Part shown: piece after piece, positions 35,927 to 45,726 of the stretch
Layout of the letters: each line of letters begins with the position of its first letter
Position numbering within the stretch: the stretch's first letter is position 1
Notes under the pieces: model-generated
What the model saw: the letters and a program-made list of their open reading frames with translations, nothing else
What the model was told of the DNA's origin: nothing
Database searches by the model: none
DNA from: an uncultured Acidimicrobiales bacterium
GTDB lineage: Bacteria; Actinomycetota; Acidimicrobiia; Acidimicrobiales; SHLQ01
DNA: 64,000 nt
Reading direction: 5' to 3'
Assembly: GCA_937922235.1 (NCBI GenBank)
Contig: CAKZVC010000027.1
Location: 11,968-75,967 of the forward strand
Program-made: the position numbers and the translations under genes

Positions 35927-37888
35927 CTACTCGGGCGGCACGAACTCCCATGTGTGGTCGAGGACGAGACGGTCTCCGTCGGGGTCGATGCCAACGATCT
36001 CGCCTGCTGGATTCGTCCCGATCGGAACGATCGACTGATGGATTTCGACAGTCCACTGCCCGTTTGCATCAACCGTGGTCTCGAAGGGCGCAGTTGGGAT
36101 CGGCAATCCGTCGTCGATCTCGAGAAAGAACGACTCGAACAGCTCTCCCTCGATTGCCCATCCAGCTGGTCCGGTTCCGGAGACATCCACGGTGAACCGT
36201 TCCATGTTCTCAACTGCGTCCGTCAGCGAAAGCTCGGCTATGACCAGCGACTTTGCTCCGCTGCGACCGGCCAGGTTCGCCCGAATTTCCTGTCCAACGA
36301 CGAGAACCGTTCCGAAGTCCGCTTGCCAGCCGTTCGCTCGGGTGGCGACAGCTGAGGCGACTTCGTTTCCTGCAGCATCGTGCAGCGTGACCTCAACGGA
36401 GTCGTCGAGCGCTGGAGCAGAGAGTCCAACGACGGATGAACCGAGCTCGTGGACCAAGACGGGGTTGCGAACGACTGCATCGAAGATCTCGAAGTTCCCG
36501 TACCCATTGAATCGCATCACGTCGATTTCTTCGATCGTCGACGGGAGGTCCTGCGCAGGAACCACCAACCTGCCATCAGCATCAAGAGGCAGGTGAAGAA
36601 CTCCGACAACCGCGCCGTCGGCGCCGCGAGCGACGACGGTGACTTCCTTGCCCGGCGTACCGGTGATGAGCAGCGAATCTGTTGCGGCGTCAAACGTGGC
36701 GCTCGTTAGGTGTACCTCGAGCGGGGTAGTGAACTTCGACGTTGACCCAACAACTTGCACCTCCCGTCCTTGACGCACAGCCTCAGCTGACATCTGCTTA
36801 CGGAAGGTCTGCCCAACCACGTTGTCATACTCGTTGTAGACCGGTTCAAGATCCTCCGTAAACGAACGAATCACCGGACCACCAGGCGATCGATGGAGAC
36901 GCAGCAGAACACGTGAATCATCATCCAGGTTCAGATTGCGCTCATCCCAATTGTCGACGCCTACGTGCACGAAGCCGTTCGGCACAGGGCCACCTGCCAC
37001 ATGGTGCTCAACCGTAAGCCACGGCCTCGAGCGGCCGTAGTTGAACGAAGTCGAGTCGAACCAGCTCGCAAACCACCCTTCACAGCCGATCTCGGCATAT
37101 GCGAAACCATCGGGCCCACGGCACGCATCGACACCCGGTCCACCGGCGATGCTCTTTGTGCCCTGAAAGTCAGCCGTGATCTCGTCGTCACCCGGCCCGC
37201 CTTCGAGAAGGTCATCGCCATGGCCACTGATGAGCGAGTCGTTGCCGTCCGCACCGCGAAGAATGTCGTTGTCCGAACCGCCATCGAGCTCATCGTTTTG
37301 GCTGCCACCGATGAGCGTGTCGTTTCCGCTGTCGCCGCGCAGCGTGTCGTTTCCTAGGCCGCCCCAGAGAACGTCGTTCCCCACGTCACCAACAAGTGTG
37401 TCGAAGCCTTGATTGCCCACGAGGCGATCGCTTCCGTCTCCGCCGTTGACGATGTCGTTGCCTGTGCCACCGGTGAGCCGATCAACACCGGGACCGCCAA
37501 AGAGCTGGTCCCATCCTTGTCCTCCGAGAACGACATCGTTTCCTGAACCTGCCTCTACGTAATCCTGACCTCCGCCAGCGATGATTCGGTCGTCGCCTGC
37601 ACCACCGACGAGAAAGTCGTGGCCGAAGCCGCCGTAGATAACGTCGTTGCCTCCCTGGCCGAAGATGGCATCCTGGCCTCCCTTTCCTCGGATGAGATTC
37701 CTGCCGTTGCCAGCGCAGATGAAGTCAGGCCCTGTCGTTCCTCGGATGATCGCAGCGTTCGACTGGATGAGGTTGTACCCCTCGGGCACGACGTAGCCGC
37801 ACGCCGTTCGCTGTTGAGCTCCAACCGGAGTTGTAGCCGTAGCAACAACTGCAACCGCGATGAACAGGGAAAGAAGTGACCGCCTCAT
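35927..37888 (-). CDS. Secreted RTX-repeat (hemolysin-type Ca-binding) protein, 653 aa
   Basis: Sec-type signal MRRSLLSLFIAVAVVATATTPVGA. About 20 consecutive GGxGxD-type nonapeptides in the N-terminal half, with a non-repeat C-terminal half. Confidence 0.75.
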   Translation of the reverse strand: MRRSLLSLFIAVAVVATATTPVGAQQRTACGYVVPEGYNLIQSNAAIIRGTTGPDFICAGNGRNLIRGKGGQDAIFGQGGNDVIYGGFGHDFLVGGAGDDRIIAGGGQDYVEAGSGNDVVLGGQGWDQLFGGPGVDRLTGGTGNDIVNGGDGSDRLVGNQGFDTLVGDVGNDVLWGGLGNDTLRGDSGNDTLIGGSQNDELDGGSDNDILRGADGNDSLISGHGDDLLEGGPGDDEITADFQGTKSIAGGPGVDACRGPDGFAYAEIGCEGWFASWFDSTSFNYGRSRPWLTVEHHVAGGPVPNGFVHVGVDNWDERNLNLDDDSRVLLRLHRSPGGPVIRSFTEDLEPVYNEYDNVVGQTFRKQMSAEAVRQGREVQVVGSTSKFTTPLEVHLTSATFDAATDSLLITGTPGKEVTVVARGADGAVVGVLHLPLDADGRLVVPAQDLPSTIEEIDVMRFNGYGNFEIFDAVVRNPVLVHELGSSVVGLSAPALDDSVEVTLHDAAGNEVASAVATRANGWQADFGTVLVVGQEIRANLAGRSGAKSLVIAELSLTDAVENMERFTVDVSGTGPAGWAIEGELFESFFLEIDDGLPIPTAPFETTVDANGQWTVEIHQSIVPIGTNPAGEIVGIDPDGDRLVLDHTWEFVPPE

Positions 37889-38013
37889 GCACTAAGCATC
37901 GGCGCCAAGCGGCAGCAGCTTGACCCCCGGCCGCTAACCGAGCTTCCCGAAGGGAACTTCCAGCAAATACTGACACTTGGGAACCTTCGTGGTCGTGCCG
38001 ACGTAGAAGAGAT

Positions 38014-39645
38014 ATGCGGATGGATCGAGTTGTGGCGTTTCTGGCTGCGCTGGTGGTGTGCATGGCCAGCACAGCGATCGCTCCCCCGCCAGCGAATGCC
38101 TGCTCTTGCGTCCCGTACTCCCCTGAGGAACAGCTCGAGCGCCCCGACACCTCCTTCATAGGTGTGGCTGAGGCAGTCGTCGCTGAATCCTCTAAAGCAG
38201 GAATGGCGGTTGTGAGGTTCTCGGTCATCGAGCCGATCAAGGGAGATGCTGCAGGCGAGGTGTATGGCGTCGTCGAGACCTTCGACAGCAGCTGCGGTGA
38301 GCCCGAGCTCATCCCCGGCGCTCGATACTTCGGACGCGAGGCACTGATTCAGATGTCGGACGGATTCGTTTGGGAGGCCTGCACGTCACTTGACCCATCG
38401 CAGGTCGACATCCTCCGCCCAGGTCTAGACGCACCGGTGACAGACAAGCCGGCGGTGATCATGGCCATCGGCGACAAGCGGGACACCCAGGTACGACTCC
38501 TCAACGAGGATGGGGCGGTCGTTGCCTACGTGCAGGACGCCCAACTTCACACCGCGCCCGACGGCCCTCCCGGACGAAACACGCTCTGCGAGAACGGCGA
38601 TCTGGCATCCATGGTGGTTGACGGCGACCCTGTCTTCGGCGATGTCGCGATCCGAGTACGAGACCTGTCGACCCTCGAGTACCGAGACCTGCCTGTTGAT
38701 GCGGACCCGACGTCAACAGTGCGCACGTGTACGGCCGACGGTGAACTGCTTCTCGCTACCCCTGATGACCTCGTGCTCCTCGATTCCAATGGCAACGAAA
38801 TTCGTCGCTTCCCATACGGCGAGTCAACGAGCGGATGGATCAATAGCACGGCGACCCACTTCAGCTGGTTCTCGATGTTCCAACAGATCAAGACAGTCCC
38901 GATCATCGAGGGCCCGACCACCACGATCGACATCCGCAATCACACCGGTTGGAACATCGCCACGAGCCCTGATGGGTCTCATCACGCCGTTCTCATCTGG
39001 AGTCCGATCGAGGCGACGATGACGTTGCTCATTGCTGACAACTCCGGAGAAACGGTCGAGATCGTCAGCAATTCGTTCAGCGAACCGGTGCGGTGGCTCG
39101 ATAATTCTCGAGTCGCTGCTGGGCCTGGCATCTATGACATGGCGGCGGCAACGGTTGTGGACTCCCCGTTGCAGGATCCGTACTCATCTGTGAAGGCGAT
39201 CGGACCCCGGGTACTCGAGAGACAGGATTACTCATTCGAGCTCCATGATCTCGACACCCGCGAAGCACTTCTCATCCCACTCGACGAGTCCGGCTATGCG
39301 AGGTCGATCGTTCCCTTACCGGCCGCAATTGACGTAACCGGCGAGGGGTTCACTCCCCCAGAACGCACTGCGCTGCCGATTCCCGGCGAGACACCACCGG
39401 GTTCGCTTCTCGAGCTAGAAGCGGCCCTCGAGTCAAGTGGCCGCTCATTCGATTTCACGCCGGTAGCCGTGGCTGACTCCGGACGGCCTGTGCCTGCGCC
39501 AGCAGCTTCACAGCCAGAAGAACCGGAAGCCGACAAGGTGATTTTGAGCGAACCAGATGGACCGACGTGGTGGCTCTGGGGCCTACTGATGTTCGGGGCG
39601 ATCGCAGGTCTAGCAATGGTGGGCCGAATTCGCACGCGGACCTAG
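38014..39645 (+). CDS. Secreted, C-terminally membrane-anchored protein with TIMP/NTR-like N-terminal module
   Basis: Signal peptide ending ANA|CSC. Four Cys at mature positions 1, 3, 65 and 94. C-terminal TM WWLWGLLMFGAIAGLAMVG followed by RIRTRT. Confidence 0.6.
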   Translation: MRMDRVVAFLAALVVCMASTAIAPPPANACSCVPYSPEEQLERPDTSFIGVAEAVVAESSKAGMAVVRFSVIEPIKGDAAGEVYGVVETFDSSCGEPELIPGARYFGREALIQMSDGFVWEACTSLDPSQVDILRPGLDAPVTDKPAVIMAIGDKRDTQVRLLNEDGAVVAYVQDAQLHTAPDGPPGRNTLCENGDLASMVVDGDPVFGDVAIRVRDLSTLEYRDLPVDADPTSTVRTCTADGELLLATPDDLVLLDSNGNEIRRFPYGESTSGWINSTATHFSWFSMFQQIKTVPIIEGPTTTIDIRNHTGWNIATSPDGSHHAVLIWSPIEATMTLLIADNSGETVEIVSNSFSEPVRWLDNSRVAAGPGIYDMAAATVVDSPLQDPYSSVKAIGPRVLERQDYSFELHDLDTREALLIPLDESGYARSIVPLPAAIDVTGEGFTPPERTALPIPGETPPGSLLELEAALESSGRSFDFTPVAVADSGRPVPAPAASQPEEPEADKVILSEPDGPTWWLWGLLMFGAIAGLAMVGRIRTRT

Positions 39646-39657
39646 CTGCGACTTTGT

Positions 39658-40863
39658 TTAGGCCGACAGTTCGAGCACCTTCAACCCGCGGATCACGAAG
39701 GTCGGGTGATACTCGGGCTCACTGCGCAGGCTGAGCTCGGGGAGCCGCTCGGCAAAGCCGGCCACCGATCGAGCGAGTTCGAGACGAGCGAGCGGGGCGC
39801 CGATACAGAAGTGAATGCCTCCACCGAAGCCGACGTGCGACGACTCGTTCCTCGCTACATCGAAGATGTCGGGGTTCTCGAAACGGCGCGGGTCGCGCTG
39901 GGCGCTTCCGAACAACATGGCCACCTCTTCACCCACGGCCAACGCCTGGCCGGCGATCTCGACGTCGGATTCAAGAATCCAACGCTCGAAGAGCTGCAGT
40001 GGCGGGTCCCAACGCAGTAGCTCTTCAACAGCAACTGCAGCGTCGACTTCTTTCGAGACAAGCCGTTCCCACTGGTCTCGGTGATGCATGAGGGCTCGGA
40101 AGCCGTTGCCGAGCGTGTTGACCGTGGCCTCATGACCAGCTTCGAGGAGCACCATCGTTGTCGAGACGATCTCGGCTTCGGTGAGCGTGTCGCCATCGTC
40201 CTCGACCTGCACGAGCTCGGAGACCAACAACCCGTCAGGTCGCTTGCGCTTGTGGGCGATGAGCTCCTTCGTGTAGGCGATGTACTCGGCGGCTGCGGTG
40301 TCGGCGCGCTGCTTGGTTTCTTCGCTGGCCGTGAGCTCGTACATCTTGACGATGGCGTGGCTCCAGTCGAGCAGCAGCTGAGCATCGGTGTGTGGAACGC
40401 CGAGCATCGAGCAAATGACGGCGACCGAGTACGGCTGGGCGTAGTCGGCCAGCATGTCGAAGTCGCCCTTTTCGGCACACGTGTCGAGTAGGTCGTTAGA
40501 GAACCCCTGAATAGTGGAACCGAGCTGCTTGACCGCACGGGGTGTGAACGCACGACTGATCAAACGGCGGATGCGTGTGTGATCCGGCGGCTCCAAGCTG
40601 AGGAGCGACCACTGCTCATGTTCGGCAAAGCTCGCCCACCTGGGGTCGGGTTCGGGCTGACCAAACTCGCGATGGCTGTAGCGGTGGGTATAGGCGCGAC
40701 CCAAACGCCGATCTCGCAGTGTGGTGCTGACGTCCTCGAACCGGGTGAGCATCCACTGGTTCGTTGGCTCGTTCCAGAAGATCGGGCTCTCTTCTCGAAG
40801 CGCATTCAACGTTGGATACGGGTCGATGAGGAACGCGTCGTCCTGGAAGTCGATCGATGGCAT
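39658..40863 (-). CDS. Cytochrome P450
   Basis: Heme loop FGGGIHFCIGAPLA and ExxR (EELLRW). 401 aa. Confidence 0.9.
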   Translation of the reverse strand: MPSIDFQDDAFLIDPYPTLNALREESPIFWNEPTNQWMLTRFEDVSTTLRDRRLGRAYTHRYSHREFGQPEPDPRWASFAEHEQWSLLSLEPPDHTRIRRLISRAFTPRAVKQLGSTIQGFSNDLLDTCAEKGDFDMLADYAQPYSVAVICSMLGVPHTDAQLLLDWSHAIVKMYELTASEETKQRADTAAAEYIAYTKELIAHKRKRPDGLLVSELVQVEDDGDTLTEAEIVSTTMVLLEAGHEATVNTLGNGFRALMHHRDQWERLVSKEVDAAVAVEELLRWDPPLQLFERWILESDVEIAGQALAVGEEVAMLFGSAQRDPRRFENPDIFDVARNESSHVGFGGGIHFCIGAPLARLELARSVAGFAERLPELSLRSEPEYHPTFVIRGLKVLELSA

Positions 40864-40918
40864 CCGCCGAAGATAGCAGCGTCGCTTAGCCCCACTTCTG
40901 CTGAAACGGCAGTCGCTG

Positions 40919-42080
40919 ATGTCCTACGGTTGCATGATGACCACCCAAGACGCAACGCCCTACCTAGAAGGCAACTTTGCGCCGGTTGCCGAAGAGATCA
41001 GCGCAACCGACCTCACGGTCTACGGAACAATCCCCGACCAGTTGGAGGGGCGCTTTCTCCGCAACGGGCCGAACCCGCGCGTTGCCCCCGACGCTGCTGA
41101 CTACCACTGGTTCCTTGGCGACGGCATGGTTCACGGTCTTCGGCTCGGAGGAGGCAAAGCGCAGTGGTATCGCAACCGTTACGTCAGCCCCGGCGACTTC
41201 GGTCCGAACACGAGCGTCATTGGTCATGCTGGCAAGACGCTGGCGATCGTCGAAGCCGGACCCCTCCCGATCGAGCTCGATGACGACCTCAACCACATTG
41301 GCCCGACGAACCTCGGTGGCCTGCCGTCCGACTTCACTGCGCACCCAAAGCTCGACCCGGCCACAGGCGAGCTTCATGCGGTTTGCTACCACTGGCCCGA
41401 TCAGGTCGACAGGGTGCATTACGTGGTCATCAGCCCCGAAGGTGAAGTCACCAAGCGCGTCGCCGTTGACACGCCGACCATGCCGATGATTCACGACATG
41501 GCGCTCACCCAGACCTACGCCGCAGTGTTCGACCTTCCGGTGGCTGTAAACATCGAGATGACGTGTCGTCATCGACATTTGCGAGTACGACCGGATGTTC
41601 GACCACGACCGCCACGGCCCAACCGGCGACTCTGCGCCGCGGCTTGCCCGATGGATCGTCGACCCAGCCACACGAACCACGATTCGCGAGACGCTCGACG
41701 ACACGTCGCAAGAGTTCCCTCGGGTCAACAATGGCGTCGTGGGCATGCCCTACCGCTTCGGGTATTGCTCGGGCGCAGCATCGGGATCAACCGACTGGTT
41801 CGGCAGCACCATCAAACACGACATGCAAACTGCGACATCTGAACGCCGTTTCCACGGCGACGGCAGAGAACCCGGCGAACCGGTTTTTGTCGCTCGCGAG
41901 AACGCAACCGCCGAGGATGACGGATGGCTGATGATGTTCGTCTACGACAGAACTCGAGACAGCAGTGACCTTGTCATTCTCGATGCAACCGACATCACCG
42001 GTGACGAGGTCGCTCGAATCGAACTTCCGCAGCGGGTTCCAAACGGGTTCCACGGAAACTGGATAGCGGACAAGACCTAG
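40919..42080 (+). pseudogene. Carotenoid cleavage oxygenase family gene, disrupted (frameshift plus apparent internal deletion)
   Basis: The N-terminal part (YLEGNFAPV...GDGMVHG...TAHPK...) is in frame 2 up to about 41560. The C-terminal part (VVIDICEYDRMF...EFPRV...GFHGNW) is in frame 3 from 41562. The segment normally between them (about 70 aa) is missing. Confidence 0.6.
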
Positions 42081-42493
42081 CGGACCCGTTCGGCGATCTT
42101 CGCTGCCTCGTCATCGATCGCATTATCGAGGAGAGCGTTGAGCGCAAGTTCTAGTGGCTTAGAAAGGAAGGACGTCGCCTTCGACGAGGCATCGATCATC
42201 GCCACCGAGCCGACCTCTGCCTGACGAAGCACCACCATCAAGGTGATAGCTAGCCCCTTCTGCTCACCAGTGATCGTCATGCCCGGTTTGGAGCTCTTGA
42301 CTGTGGCCTTGCCGTCGACGCGGCCCACCGCGGTGTCCATCGCGAATTTGAAGCTCTGCAAGTTGCCGTCGGCATCGTGCTTGCCATCGCGCAGGTCTTC
42401 GATGCCGGCAACACCTTCCCATGTCTCCAAGCGTTGGAGCTGCGGCCAGGCATCTTCCACCGATGCGACCAGGTCTACCGAAGTGCGAGTCAT
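42077..42493 (-). CDS. SRPBCC (CoxG/polyketide-cyclase-like) family protein
   Basis: 138 aa. ...SVEDAWPQLQRLETWEGVAG... pattern. Confidence 0.55.
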   Translation of the reverse strand: MTRTSVDLVASVEDAWPQLQRLETWEGVAGIEDLRDGKHDADGNLQSFKFAMDTAVGRVDGKATVKSSKPGMTITGEQKGLAITLMVVLRQAEVGSVAMIDASSKATSFLSKPLELALNALLDNAIDDEAAKIAERVR

Positions 42494-42513
42494 GGCGAGA
42501 CCTTAGCGAAGGG

Positions 42514-42972
42514 TCAGCTGCCGTTAGCAACGAGGTCGACGGTGATCTCGAGATGGCCAAGGTGCTGAGCCATCTCTTCGTACGCGTGGATCATGCAGGT
42601 GCCCACCGTCCACTGGGTTTCAAGTGGCGTTTGCGTTTCTGGAGGGTTGGCGATGGTTGTCGCCGCACCAAGCGCCGATCCAAGCTCGTGGAGCTTGCGC
42701 TGTGATGTGTCGAGGGCCTGCTGGGCCTCGGCCATGGTTCCAACGGCAACGAACTCACTCGGCCGGTCGCGATCGCTCAGGTGTCCGAGCACGATGTGGC
42801 TCGTCCACCAGTCGACAGCCGACACGGTGTGAATGACGAGCTGAAATGGAGAGTTCGGATCCGGCAGTTCGGGAAGCGTATTGATGGTCTCGTCATCGAG
42901 TCGTTCGAGTGCACGACGGAAGCCGTCAAAGGTGCGGTTGGCAAAGATCAAGAAGTCATCGATAGTGATCAT
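42514..42972 (-). CDS. DinB-family four-helix-bundle protein
   Basis: 152 aa. N-terminal ...FDGFRRALERLDDETIN... and the His-containing helix LVIHTVSAVDWW are typical of the DinB_2/DUF664 family. Confidence 0.55.
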   Translation of the reverse strand: MITIDDFLIFANRTFDGFRRALERLDDETINTLPELPDPNSPFQLVIHTVSAVDWWTSHIVLGHLSDRDRPSEFVAVGTMAEAQQALDTSQRKLHELGSALGAATTIANPPETQTPLETQWTVGTCMIHAYEEMAQHLGHLEITVDLVANGS

Positions 42973-43005
42973 GCTCAGACGTTAACCGTGCCCAAGCACC
43001 ACGGC

Positions 43006-43995
43006 TCAGTCTCCGCGAACGAAGAACAGCCACTCGCCCTCGGCGTTGATTCCCACTCGCCAATCGAGGTATTCGAGGTCAGGGTCGGCAAAGGCCTCGG
43101 GCCAGACCGCCATGCCATCATCGGTAATCGCTGGGTCGGTCGATAGGAGTTCGGCCATGATGCCGAGGAAGTCCTCGCCGTTCGACTCGGCCTCACGGAG
43201 AAACTCGATGGGGTCGCCGCCGCCGAACGACGTCGTGAGTTCGTTTTCACCTTCGTCTGCGAGCGCGATGAGTTCGAGATAGTCGCACGCCTGGACGGCT
43301 TCGAGCAAGCGTCCTTGCGTCGTGGAGATCGGGTTGGTGGCAGTCGGGGACGGATAGGTCAGTCCGTCGGCCGAGCAGGGCTCATCCACGTTGTCGATGA
43401 CGTGAATTCGGTAGATCTCGAGGATCAACGGATCGCCGTTCTCTAGTCCCGCGATTCGCCGGGGGTACGACAGTCCTTGGTCGTAGGTCACCGATTGAAT
43501 CGACTCGCCCTCACGATCGAGTTCTTCGGGGATCATCTCAAACAGCTCGTCTATGCTCGGCGCCTCATCGAGCTCTTCCGATGCCGAAATCGACCGGGTA
43601 ACAGCGCCAGCTCGGACCTCGACATGAGCAACCTGAATTCCGTTCTCGGCCGACGTTGCCCGGATCGAGTAGTCGTAGTTCTTCAGACCGTTCTGGAACC
43701 ATATGGCCGCCGCTTGTGCGTGTTCAGCACGCAATGTGGCGGTGTCCATTGCCTCTCCAAGAAGAATCGGAGCGCTGTCGCCGCCGACACTGTCGAACAT
43801 GGCGTCGCTGTCGCCCTCATCCATTGCATCGTCCTCATCAGAGTCCGACGATGAGATCGCCTGGGCCGACTCACCAACCGACTGACTGTCGGGGTCTTCT
43901 GCCGACACCACTTCAGTTGGATCGCTGCTGCAGGCAGAAGCCAAAAGGGTCGCGAGAACGAGGGAGATAAGCACTTTCCGCCAGGCACGTGTCAT
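43006..43995 (-). CDS. Lipoprotein, function unknown
   Basis: Start taken at MTRAWRKVLISLVLATLLASAC|SSD (lipobox) instead of the track start 44082. Confidence 0.55.
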   Translation of the reverse strand: MTRAWRKVLISLVLATLLASACSSDPTEVVSAEDPDSQSVGESAQAISSSDSDEDDAMDEGDSDAMFDSVGGDSAPILLGEAMDTATLRAEHAQAAAIWFQNGLKNYDYSIRATSAENGIQVAHVEVRAGAVTRSISASEELDEAPSIDELFEMIPEELDREGESIQSVTYDQGLSYPRRIAGLENGDPLILEIYRIHVIDNVDEPCSADGLTYPSPTATNPISTTQGRLLEAVQACDYLELIALADEGENELTTSFGGGDPIEFLREAESNGEDFLGIMAELLSTDPAITDDGMAVWPEAFADPDLEYLDWRVGINAEGEWLFFVRGD

Positions 43996-44032
43996 AGGAG
44001 AAGTATCGGCGGGAACCACCGCAGATGTAGGT

Positions 44033-44072
44033 CGCCAAAACGGGAAACGCCCGGGCGCACGGCCCGGGCGTT
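44033..44072 (-). terminator. Candidate intrinsic terminator after the enoyl-CoA hydratase gene
   Basis: On the minus strand: AACGCCCGGGC-cgtgc-GCCCGGGCGTT, a stem of 10-11 perfect bp, followed by TCCCGTTTTGG. Confidence 0.45.
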
Positions 44073-44091
44073 CTTCGCACATCTGTTGTGG

Positions 44092-44874
44092 CTACTTGCC
44101 CTGCCAGTCGGGAGCACGCTTCTCGGCGAATGCCGTGGCGCCTTCGATGGCGTCGGAGCTCTTGAAGACCGAGTCGTAATGATGCTCGGCCTGGTACGCC
44201 CAGAACTCTGCTTCGGTACGGCCTTGCATCTCGCGGATCATGTCCTTGCTCGCCTGGAGGGCAAGCGGAGCGTTTTGTGCGATCTGTTCGGCGAGCTCGA
44301 TCGCCTTGTCGAGAGCCTCACCCTTTGGCGCTATCTCGCTGACCATGCCGTAACCCAATGCATCTTCAGCGGTGATCGGCTTGGCCGTGAGCGCCATGCG
44401 CATTGCAACGGCGTACGGAAGCACACGTGGCAGGCGGAGAAGACCGCCAGCTCCAGCGAACAGGCCAACGCCTGCCTCGGGGATTCCGAACTTGGCACCC
44501 TCAGCCGACACGATTAGATCGCACGACAAGGCGAGCTCAAGACCACCAGCGAGTGCAAAACCCTCAACGGCGGCGACGAGTGGTTTCTTGGGAAGCTGCT
44601 CGGTGATTCCACCAAAGCCGCGGCCTTTGACCGTCGGGAAGCTCCCCTGAACAAACGCCTTCAGGTCCATGCCAGCGCAGAACCCTCGACCGTTGCCGGT
44701 TAGTACGCCACAAGAGATGTCGGGGTTGCCGTCCATCTCGTCGACGGCCGCGGCAAGTTGCTGCGCGAGCTCTTGGTTGACCGCGTTCATTGCGTCGGGA
44801 CGGTTGAGGGTGATCACCATCACCCGTCCACGGATCTCCGTCAGTACTTCGTTTCCTGCTGAGCTATCTGCCAT
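44092..44874 (-). CDS. Enoyl-CoA hydratase (crotonase family)
   Basis: 260 aa. VITLNRPDAMNA...GNGRGFCAGMDLK... crotonase signature. Confidence 0.85.
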   Translation of the reverse strand: MADSSAGNEVLTEIRGRVMVITLNRPDAMNAVNQELAQQLAAAVDEMDGNPDISCGVLTGNGRGFCAGMDLKAFVQGSFPTVKGRGFGGITEQLPKKPLVAAVEGFALAGGLELALSCDLIVSAEGAKFGIPEAGVGLFAGAGGLLRLPRVLPYAVAMRMALTAKPITAEDALGYGMVSEIAPKGEALDKAIELAEQIAQNAPLALQASKDMIREMQGRTEAEFWAYQAEHHYDSVFKSSDAIEGATAFAEKRAPDWQGK

Positions 44875-44887
44875 CTGCTCTTCTCCC

Positions 44888-45670
44888 CTATTTCGGTGGC
44901 AGGCGGATGCCTGCGTCGACTCGGATGGTCTCGCCGTTCATGTAACTGTTGGTGAGCAACTCGTACACCATGGTGCCGAGCTCGTCGGCAAAGCCGAGAC
45001 GCTTCGGGAAGAGTGCACTTGCACCGAGCGTGTCTTTCAGTTCCTGTGGGTCACGGCCACCGGCGACCATCTTGTCGTAGATCGGCGTGTCGAAGAGTCC
45101 CGGTGCAACCGTGTTGACCCGCACACCGATCGAGCTGAGGTCGCGGGCGATCGGCAGCGTCATGCCAGCAATGCCAGCCTTGGTTGCCGAGTAGGCAGCC
45201 TGGCCAATCTGACCATCGAATGCGGCGACGGACGCGAAGTTGACGATCGAGCCACGCTCGTTGTCGGCAAGCGGTTCGGTCTTGCTCATCTCGGCGGCAG
45301 CGAGACGAGTGCAGTTGAACGTGCCGATCAGGTTGACCCGAACAACGAACTCGAACTGTGCAAGGTCGAAGGGGTCACCGTTGCGGTTCACCGTGCGCAT
45401 GGCGTGGCCGATGCCTGCAGCGTTGACGGCTGCCCGAAGCGGACCCATCTCGCTGGCGGCGGTGAGCGCTTCGAGAATCTGCGCTTCGTCAGCAACATCA
45501 GCCTTGACGAACATGCCGCCAAACTCGGTGGCAGCAGCGTTGCCTTTTTCCTCGTCGAGGTCGGCAATCAGCACCTTGCAGCCGTTCGCAGCAAGTCGTG
45601 CAGCGCATCCGTAGCCGAGGCCCGAAGCGCCACCCGTAACCAGTGCTGACGCACCATTCAGATCCAACAT
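44888..45670 (-). CDS. Short-chain dehydrogenase, type-2 3-hydroxyacyl-CoA dehydrogenase-like
   Basis: TGGASGLG cofactor motif and YSATK catalytic motif. Start taken at MLDLNG. Confidence 0.85.
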   Translation of the reverse strand: MLDLNGASALVTGGASGLGYGCAARLAANGCKVLIADLDEEKGNAAATEFGGMFVKADVADEAQILEALTAASEMGPLRAAVNAAGIGHAMRTVNRNGDPFDLAQFEFVVRVNLIGTFNCTRLAAAEMSKTEPLADNERGSIVNFASVAAFDGQIGQAAYSATKAGIAGMTLPIARDLSSIGVRVNTVAPGLFDTPIYDKMVAGGRDPQELKDTLGASALFPKRLGFADELGTMVYELLTNSYMNGETIRVDAGIRLPPK

Positions 45671-45726
45671 ATGTGAGCAACCTTTCGTTCGGAGCAAATA
45701 CTAGGACATCCAAGTATGTTTCCGTC

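Noticed and set aside
35854-36213. N-terminal extension of the MarR ORF to 298 aa.
   Set aside because: The extension overlaps the 3' end of the RTX gene, is Ser/Arg-rich and has no MarR homology. MarR-like sequence starts only near 35853.
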